Assembly: GCF_000007185.1 (NCBI RefSeq)
Contig: NC_003551.1
Location: forward strand, 30,001-62,000
Direction of reading: 5' to 3'
Source of the DNA: Methanopyrus kandleri AV19
Lineage (GTDB): Archaea; JAADCQ01; Methanopyri; Methanopyrales; Methanopyraceae
Length of the DNA stretch: 32,000 nucleotides
A program made the translations under genes and the position numbers. Positions within the stretch are counted from its first letter, which is position 1; the number at the start of each line of letters is the position of its first letter. Of the stretch, positions 26,784 through 32,000 are shown piece after piece. The notes under the pieces are model-generated. The model made no database searches, was not told where the DNA came from, and saw only the letters and a program-made list of their open reading frames with translations.

Positions 26784-27464
26784 TCACAAGGGTTCATGGA
26801 GGAAGTCCTCCAGGGTTTTACCCCTACCTTTACGGGCTTTCCGGAGCTCGGACGCTATCTCCTCTAATTTGCGCTCCGTGGACTTCGGGTCCTCCCGGAG
26901 CTCACAACGTCCATCTTCTCCCTCCCGGAGTACTCCCCGTTCGATGGCCTCGTAGGCCAGGTCCATAGGGTCGACGTCGTACTCGTGGGAAAGGATGGCC
27001 AGCATTCGACGCACGGGTTCCGACGCCGCGTAAAACCTGGCCTCGCGGTAAGCCTCGGCGAGTTCTCTAACGAACTCGCGGAGCTCACTCATGGGCGCGT
27101 TCGTGGTGATCCACGGACCACGAACCCTCACCCGGTAGCCCCGGCGGCGGAGTGCGTCGCGCAGTAGCTCGGATGGTATCTTCGGGGCACCGGCTTCCCT
27201 GCAGATCGTACTCAGATGGAGCCTAACCTGCTTCTCTTCTTCCGACTCGGACAGGACGGTCCTGCGAAGTTCTCCCAACTTGCGGATGTGAGCTTTGACC
27301 GCGGCATGCGGGCCGAATACCTTCACTTTAACCCGGGTACCGCGAAGCTCCACGACGGTGTCTACACCTCGGGCCTGAGTGGCTTCGACGGCACGGAGGA
27401 ATCGCTGGGCGGAGTCACGGTCGGGGAAGGTGAATGTTATCTCGCGCTTCTCCATCTTAGGCAT
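26784..27464 (-). CDS. DUF2067-like protein (track ORF extends to 27497)
   Basis: MPKMEKREITFTFPDRDSAQRFLRAVEA; start overlaps the csl4 stop region. Confidence 0.7.
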   Translation of the reverse strand: MPKMEKREITFTFPDRDSAQRFLRAVEATQARGVDTVVELRGTRVKVKVFGPHAAVKAHIRKLGELRRTVLSESEEEKQVRLHLSTICREAGAPKIPSELLRDALRRRGYRVRVRGPWITTNAPMSELREFVRELAEAYREARFYAASEPVRRMLAILSHEYDVDPMDLAYEAIERGVLREGEDGRCELREDPKSTERKLEEIASELRKARKGRGKTLEDFLHEPL

Positions 27465-28047
27465 CGCTCTCGGCCTCCCGCAAGTAGCCGGCCGCAACTT
27501 TTCTTGTCTCGGTGTGACCGCACACGGGGCAACGGAGAGTCCGACCCTTCACCTTTTCGAGCTCGGATCTACATCGGGTGCAGTACGCGAGGACCACCCC
27601 GTATTCTTTACCCACAGTGGACAGCTGTACCGGCATCTTGGTGCTCACGACTCGAGCGCGAACGATGTCTCCGGGCTGAAACTCGTCGGCCAGATCCTCC
27701 ACGTAGGCGTCTCTGACCTTTGAGATATGGATCCCTCCCACTCCGGAGGTTGGGGGCTCACGGTCCGTCCGATCGTCCACGAAGCATATCTTGACGAGAA
27801 CGACCTGCTCTTTCACCGACTGTACTCGTCCGATCACCGAGGCTCCCCGTTTCAATTTCGGTGGTGTGTCCACGTACGGTTCGACGCGAACCTCACGCTC
27901 CTCGAGATCCACTTCCACTCGCCCGGTGATGGCGGCCCGAACGACACCACCATCCTCGTAGGTACCTGGGCCAGGGTAGAACGCCTCCGCCACGGTTATC
28001 TTGTCGCCGGGCAGTACGAACTTCCCGGGCTCCACGTAGCGTCTCAC
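27457..28047 (-). CDS. csl4: Exosome subunit Csl4 (GTG start at 28047; track ORF start at 28374 rejected)
   Basis: VEPGKFVLPGDKITVAEAFYPGPGTYEDGG, IGRVQSVKEQVVLVKI, S1 region, zinc ribbon CTRCRSELE..LRCPVCG. Confidence 0.92.
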   Translation of the reverse strand: MRRYVEPGKFVLPGDKITVAEAFYPGPGTYEDGGVVRAAITGRVEVDLEEREVRVEPYVDTPPKLKRGASVIGRVQSVKEQVVLVKICFVDDRTDREPPTSGVGGIHISKVRDAYVEDLADEFQPGDIVRARVVSTKMPVQLSTVGKEYGVVLAYCTRCRSELEKVKGRTLRCPVCGHTETRKVAAGYLREAESDA

Positions 28048-29066
28048 GACTTCCTCGTCCGGGCGCTTTCGACCTGTCTCTTCACCTCCTCCCCGAACAG
28101 TCTCAGGAACTCCTCGACCCTGCTTTCGGGGACGACGCCCCCGGCCGCCGGTGCGTGTCCACCGCCCTTTCCGCCCACCTCGGTCGCCGCCTTTCTGATC
28201 GCTCGGGCTACGTCGATTTCCTCTCCCTCGACTACCCGGGCGCTGATCTTTCCCCGTCGAACGCATACGCCCACGGGTCTTCGCTTCACGCCCGCTACGT
28301 GGGATGCGACCCTTCCGGTCATCGCGGGGTGGACGTCGTCCATGATCGCGTACGCGACGACTTCGTTCAGGCATTCCGCCACCTCCCTCGCCCGACGGAG
28401 CACCTCGTGTTCCTCTGCCATAGCATCGCGAGCGAGCTCATACACTTCGTCCAGCTCGGAGACGGGAGTCTCCGGGAGCTTGAGCGCCAACTCCCGGCGG
28501 TCTTCACCATCCATCCGGATCAGCGCGTAGTCGAGCAGGCTCGCCTCCGTGTAAACCTTGCGCCGGTCGTACATCTTGAGGGTCTCTCGGAGTACTCGGG
28601 AGTACTCCTCGGCGTAGTCTGTGAAGGCTGCGTATGCGGCGATGAGTCGTAGGTCACGCTCGTGCAGATCGACCGTGGCCCAATAGCAGAGCTCGGCCGC
28701 ACAGAGCCTGGTGTCGTGGATGAACACGTCGGGTCGCACGTCCTCGAGTACCTGGTGATGGTCTACGACGATCACCCGACACCCCTCGGACTTGGCGTCG
28801 TGAATCGCCGTCTCCCCGGTAGACCCTAGGTCCGCGGCTATCAGCACATCACACTCCGGAGCGATTCCGGAGACGACTTCCTCGAAGTTAGCGGGAGGGG
28901 AGAAGTACAGCACGAAGTCCGCCCCGACGTTGTTCAGCACGTGACCGAGGATCGCGGCGCTCGCCAACCCGTCCACGTCGATATCCGAAATTACCGCGAC
29001 TCGCTCGTCCTTCAGTTTCTTCAGGTGGGGGACCAGCGCGTTCCTTACCTCCTTAGTGGGGTCCAA
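28044..29066 (-). CDS. DHH/DHHA1 phosphoesterase, archaeal RecJ/GAN-like
   Basis: ISDIDVDGLASAAI, DLGSTG, VVDHHQ, DTRLCAAELCYW, GGKGGGHAPAAG. Confidence 0.9.
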   Translation of the reverse strand: MDPTKEVRNALVPHLKKLKDERVAVISDIDVDGLASAAILGHVLNNVGADFVLYFSPPANFEEVVSGIAPECDVLIAADLGSTGETAIHDAKSEGCRVIVVDHHQVLEDVRPDVFIHDTRLCAAELCYWATVDLHERDLRLIAAYAAFTDYAEEYSRVLRETLKMYDRRKVYTEASLLDYALIRMDGEDRRELALKLPETPVSELDEVYELARDAMAEEHEVLRRAREVAECLNEVVAYAIMDDVHPAMTGRVASHVAGVKRRPVGVCVRRGKISARVVEGEEIDVARAIRKAATEVGGKGGGHAPAAGGVVPESRVEEFLRLFGEEVKRQVESARTRKS

Positions 29067-29082
29067 GGGAAACCCCCTTCCG

Positions 29083-29697
29083 TTAGTCGACCTTTTTAAA
29101 GACTAGAACCACAGCATCTACGTGACGGATCCTGCTCCGATGATGAGGGTACATCGCAGGGATAGGGAATCGGACTACTCCGATGGCGTCACATGTAGCC
29201 CCCAATTCACGGGCACGCCGCTTCCAAAACTCTTCCGTACCCGCGCGATGGAGGGAGACCACACCGGATGACGCCTCCAGGGCGACCTCTACGAACGGTC
29301 GATCGGCGCCGCGCCGCTGGGCTCCGAAGGGAGGATTCATTATAGTAACGTCGTACTGATCCTCGGGCTCGAAATCCCGGACGTCCGCCTCGACGACTTC
29401 CACTCTGTCCTCGACGCCGGCCCTTTTCACGTTCCTCCGTGCCACCTCAACGGCCTTCGAGTCGACCTCCACACACGTGACCTCGCACGCCCCGGCCAGC
29501 GCCGCACCGATACCTATCCTACCCGTACCGGCTCCGAGGTCGAGTACGCGCGAGCATTCGAGCCCGAACTCCCGATCGGCGATCGAGAGCAGTACTCGGA
29601 CTATCTCCCCGGGAGTTTCGTACTGCTCGAGAGATAGTTTCGGTTCCGGAAATCCCTCCAACCCGTCGAGCTCCATCGCCAGTCGGCGATCGATCAA
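29083..29697 (-). CDS. METTL5-like RNA methylase
   Basis: LEQYETPGEIVRVLL, VLDLGAGTGRIGIGAAL, NPPFGAQRRGADRPF. Confidence 0.88.
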   Translation of the reverse strand: MIDRRLAMELDGLEGFPEPKLSLEQYETPGEIVRVLLSIADREFGLECSRVLDLGAGTGRIGIGAALAGACEVTCVEVDSKAVEVARRNVKRAGVEDRVEVVEADVRDFEPEDQYDVTIMNPPFGAQRRGADRPFVEVALEASSGVVSLHRAGTEEFWKRRARELGATCDAIGVVRFPIPAMYPHHRSRIRHVDAVVLVFKKVD

Positions 29698-29879
29698 AGC
29701 CTTTCACGCACCCTCCGCTCCCGTTCGGCCTCCTTCCACCACTCTGGTCCTTTACCCAAACGCTCCTCGGGATCCATCCGCACGAACTTCTTCTCCCCGC
29801 AGTACGGGCACTCAGGAGGAGTTCGCTTTCGACCCACCCTCTTACCGCACGATGCGCAGATTATGTGTTCCGGCAACAT
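29694..29879 (-). CDS. Small zinc-ribbon protein (shorter than track ORF 29694-30026)
   Basis: MLPEHIICASCGKRVGRKRTPPECPYCGEKKF..; stop overlaps methylase start (TTGA). Confidence 0.75.
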   Translation of the reverse strand: MLPEHIICASCGKRVGRKRTPPECPYCGEKKFVRMDPEERLGKGPEWWKEAERERRVRERL

Positions 29880-29907
29880 CATCCCCCCAATTGGGGGTAC
29901 GTCCGAG

Positions 29908-30720
29908 ATGCCCGCGGGTCCGGTGCACTTGGTGTACGGAGTCCTATTGGCGGTGACGTCGTACCCACAGAACCCGGAATACGGCGGGATGATCGTGTAC
30001 GCGTCATTAGCACCGGACTTCGCCACAGCGGCCTACAACGACCGGTACTCGGACTTGAGGTACGTGGATTACCGGTGGGCCCACGATCCCACGCACGTTT
30101 ACGATTACGCATCTGTGATAGTTGAGCGGACGACATCCAGGACGCTTCAGGGGGTCGACGAGAAGGTGGCCCTATGGTGTGCGGAAACGGGTATTGCCAG
30201 TCATCTTCTCTTAGACCTTTACACACATGTCAAGACATCGCCGATTAAGGAATGGAGGGAACAAGCCGGCATCAGGACGGTGCTCCAGGAGTTTTACTAC
30301 CCATGGCAGGAGAACGCGGTGGAGTTCGCACGTTGGGCACTGGGACGGGCTATTCGGGTGTTCGGTAACCCGGACGAGTTCTGGCGGTACGTAGACGGGG
30401 CATGCGCGGTCGCGGAACAGCTCATGGGCGACTACGTCATCAGCGCTTACCTCAGGAGGCTATCGGAACGCTACTTCGGAGATCCCGACTTGCACCTGGC
30501 CGACTGGTTGAGATGGTTCTATCGAAATTACGGTTGGGAAGAAAACGCCACGGACGCGTTCATTATCGATGGTGTAAGAATTCCGGCCGATCCGGTGGAA
30601 CTTTTGTCGTGGATTAGTCAGTGGGATCCGCGGGTAGTCCCCATGCGGCCACCTCAGTCGGGCGGTGGTGGGTCGTTGCTCTTACCGGTGTTCCCGGTAC
30701 CGCCGGTACGCCGGCGCTAG
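29908..30720 (+). CDS. Hypothetical metal-dependent hydrolase-like (phospholipase C/zinc-dependent-like) protein
   Basis: HLVYGVLLAV..YASLAPDFATAAYNDRYSD..GIASHLLLDLYTHV His/Asp pattern; track start 29863 overlaps divergent zinc-ribbon gene, ATG 29908 preferred. Confidence 0.6.
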   Translation: MPAGPVHLVYGVLLAVTSYPQNPEYGGMIVYASLAPDFATAAYNDRYSDLRYVDYRWAHDPTHVYDYASVIVERTTSRTLQGVDEKVALWCAETGIASHLLLDLYTHVKTSPIKEWREQAGIRTVLQEFYYPWQENAVEFARWALGRAIRVFGNPDEFWRYVDGACAVAEQLMGDYVISAYLRRLSERYFGDPDLHLADWLRWFYRNYGWEENATDAFIIDGVRIPADPVELLSWISQWDPRVVPMRPPQSGGGGSLLLPVFPVPPVRRR

Positions 30721-31100
30721 CCCGGCACCCAGATGTATTTCTTACCGGCCTTGTACACCGCACCGCCGAGCTTCTTCATGTGACCGAGTTGTGCACCACC
30801 GCGTTTCGCCCTAGCGACCTCCTTGAACTGCTCCACTTTGAGTCCGGAAGGGGTGCGGTAGATCTTCGTGACGGTAACCTTACCCGTGGTAGTCTTGGTG
30901 ATGATAGTGGCCTCCGACGTTTTCGGACTGAGGATCTTGGTGAGACCGTAGCTGGAGGACATGGTGATGATGAACGCTAGGGCGAAAACCATCGCCGCGT
31001 CGAACAGGTTGGCGACACCGGTCAGTGGGTCGTCATCGTTGTCACCGCCGTCCAGGAACCTCCTACGACGCCGTCGTCTCAGATACCGGGGCAACGTCAT
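30717..31100 (-). CDS. DUF2149-like membrane protein
   Basis: DPLTGVANLFDAAMVFALAFIITMSS; adjacent to TolQ-like gene. Confidence 0.75.
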   Translation of the reverse strand: MTLPRYLRRRRRRRFLDGGDNDDDPLTGVANLFDAAMVFALAFIITMSSSYGLTKILSPKTSEATIITKTTTGKVTVTKIYRTPSGLKVEQFKEVARAKRGGAQLGHMKKLGGAVYKAGKKYIWVPG

Positions 31101-31705
31101 CCCCCGAACTCGCGTTGGAGTATAGTCTCAGCCAGGAATTCGAGATCCGAGACGTCCTTTCGGTACCATCTAGATCTGAACAATGTGATCACGTAACAAG
31201 CTCCAGCGGATGCCAGACCGACTACCGTGGTCGCGAACGCCGTGATCAGAGACGTCGCTAAGCCCGCGATGTTACCTTTAGCCAGCTGCTCCAATCCCGG
31301 TCCCAAGGGGATCAGCGTCCCCATCAGTCCCAACATGGGACCTAGACGCACGACAATCCTCGTCCTACTGACTTTGCTAGCCAGGAAGTTTTCGAGGTTC
31401 TCCAGCTCCTTTTCGACCTTCAAACTGGCCTCGTCCGCCGAATCGGACTTTTCGACGATCTTCTCGACTCTCCTCAGGAACTCCGAGAAGTGGGGAGGAA
31501 GTCGCTTCACGTCCGGAAACTTATCTGCGATCTGTTCGAGATCCTTCCTGGTAAACCTGGGCCGGTAGGCCACCTCACGGAGGAATATAGCCAGCTCCAT
31601 CAGAGAGTAAGCCAAGAACAGCAGCAACAGTACTATCGTCGGGTAAAACAACAGCTCCATTACCACGTACAGAGCCTGAGTTATCGCCGTCGCGATGCTA
31701 ACCAT
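31097..31705 (-). CDS. MotA/TolQ/ExbB proton-channel family protein
   Basis: RLGPMLGLMGTLIPLGPGLEQLAKGNIAGLATSLITAFATTVVGL. Confidence 0.9.
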   Translation of the reverse strand: MVSIATAITQALYVVMELLFYPTIVLLLLFLAYSLMELAIFLREVAYRPRFTRKDLEQIADKFPDVKRLPPHFSEFLRRVEKIVEKSDSADEASLKVEKELENLENFLASKVSRTRIVVRLGPMLGLMGTLIPLGPGLEQLAKGNIAGLATSLITAFATTVVGLASAGACYVITLFRSRWYRKDVSDLEFLAETILQREFGG

Positions 31706-32000
31706 TCGATCACCGCCCTGATGATATCGTCGATCGGGTTATCCGGTGGGTAGTTTCCTCGTGAAGCCTTGCGCACCGCCCATAGGTACCCGAACGCCAT
31801 CAAAGCCAGGAACAGTAACGCCCATGGGCCTATTTTCGAAGGGCTCGGAAGGGCCAGCTTGAGTTTAGGTGCTCGCTTCCATAACGGATAGGCCCACGCG
31901 ATAATCCCCGTGATCACGAAAAGGAGTCCTACTAAGTTCTCGAGGCCACTAAGGGCCACGGCCGGGGGAACTTTGAGGACCTCGATAACCGCATCGGCGA
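31681..32000 (-). CDS. Partial membrane protein, C-terminal part (frame stays open to window end)
   Basis: Track ORF 31681-31959 extends upstream as ...ADAVIEVLKVPPAVALSGLENLVGLLFVITGIIAW...; two hydrophobic segments. Confidence 0.6.
   Translation of the reverse strand, partial: ADAVIEVLKVPPAVALSGLENLVGLLFVITGIIAWAYPLWKRAPKLKLALPSPSKIGPWALLFLALMAFGYLWAVRKASRGNYPPDNPIDDIIRAVIEWLASRRR

Noticed and set aside
27457-28374. Full-length track ORF for Csl4
   Set aside because: The N-terminal ~109 aa are an Arg/Gly-rich out-of-frame read of the DHH gene; homology begins at the GTG at 28047.

Overview
This is a GC-rich, gene-dense archaeal chromosomal window. The split reverse gyrase large subunit and four of four tRNA genes with C at position 8 point strongly to Methanopyrus kandleri or a close relative (inference). 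I found no CRISPR array, IS element or prophage. Protein genes include: small GTPase; HD phosphohydrolase; pelota; KaiC-like ATPase; an NreA-like protein with a C-terminal PIP box; a DUF505-like wHTH-repeat protein; a surface-anchored protein; an NSUN methyltransferase; two radical SAM proteins; a circularly permuted GTPase; taw3-rgyB-DHH-like cluster; PP-loop ATPase; rhomboid; a frameshifted amt plus glnK; taw1; DUF531/DUF99/rpoL/DUF2067/csl4/DHH (RecJ/GAN-like) cluster; METTL5-like methylase; and a TolQ/DUF2149 module. RNA genes are RNase P RNA (rnpB, 20-bp perfect P1 helix), tRNA-Gly(TCC), tRNA-Ala(GGC), tRNA-Ile(GAT), intron-containing tRNA-Trp(CCA), and an unannotated C/D box sRNA candidate near 12982-13039. 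The best second-look items are: (1) C8 in every tRNA gene, requiring C-to-U editing; (2) the tRNA-Trp intron read as a degenerate C/D guide whose two antisense elements place C34 and C39 exactly at N+5; (3) a conserved hairpin (RTTGTTAC/CGTTAY - GAAC loop - RTAACR) 8-10 nt behind every tRNA gene, with an orphan copy between glnK and taw1; (4) the C/D sRNA; (5) the translationally coupled taw3-rgyB-DHH cluster; (6) the frameshifted amt with an operator-like dyad. All calls come from reading the sequence and supplied translations; no searches or folding were run.
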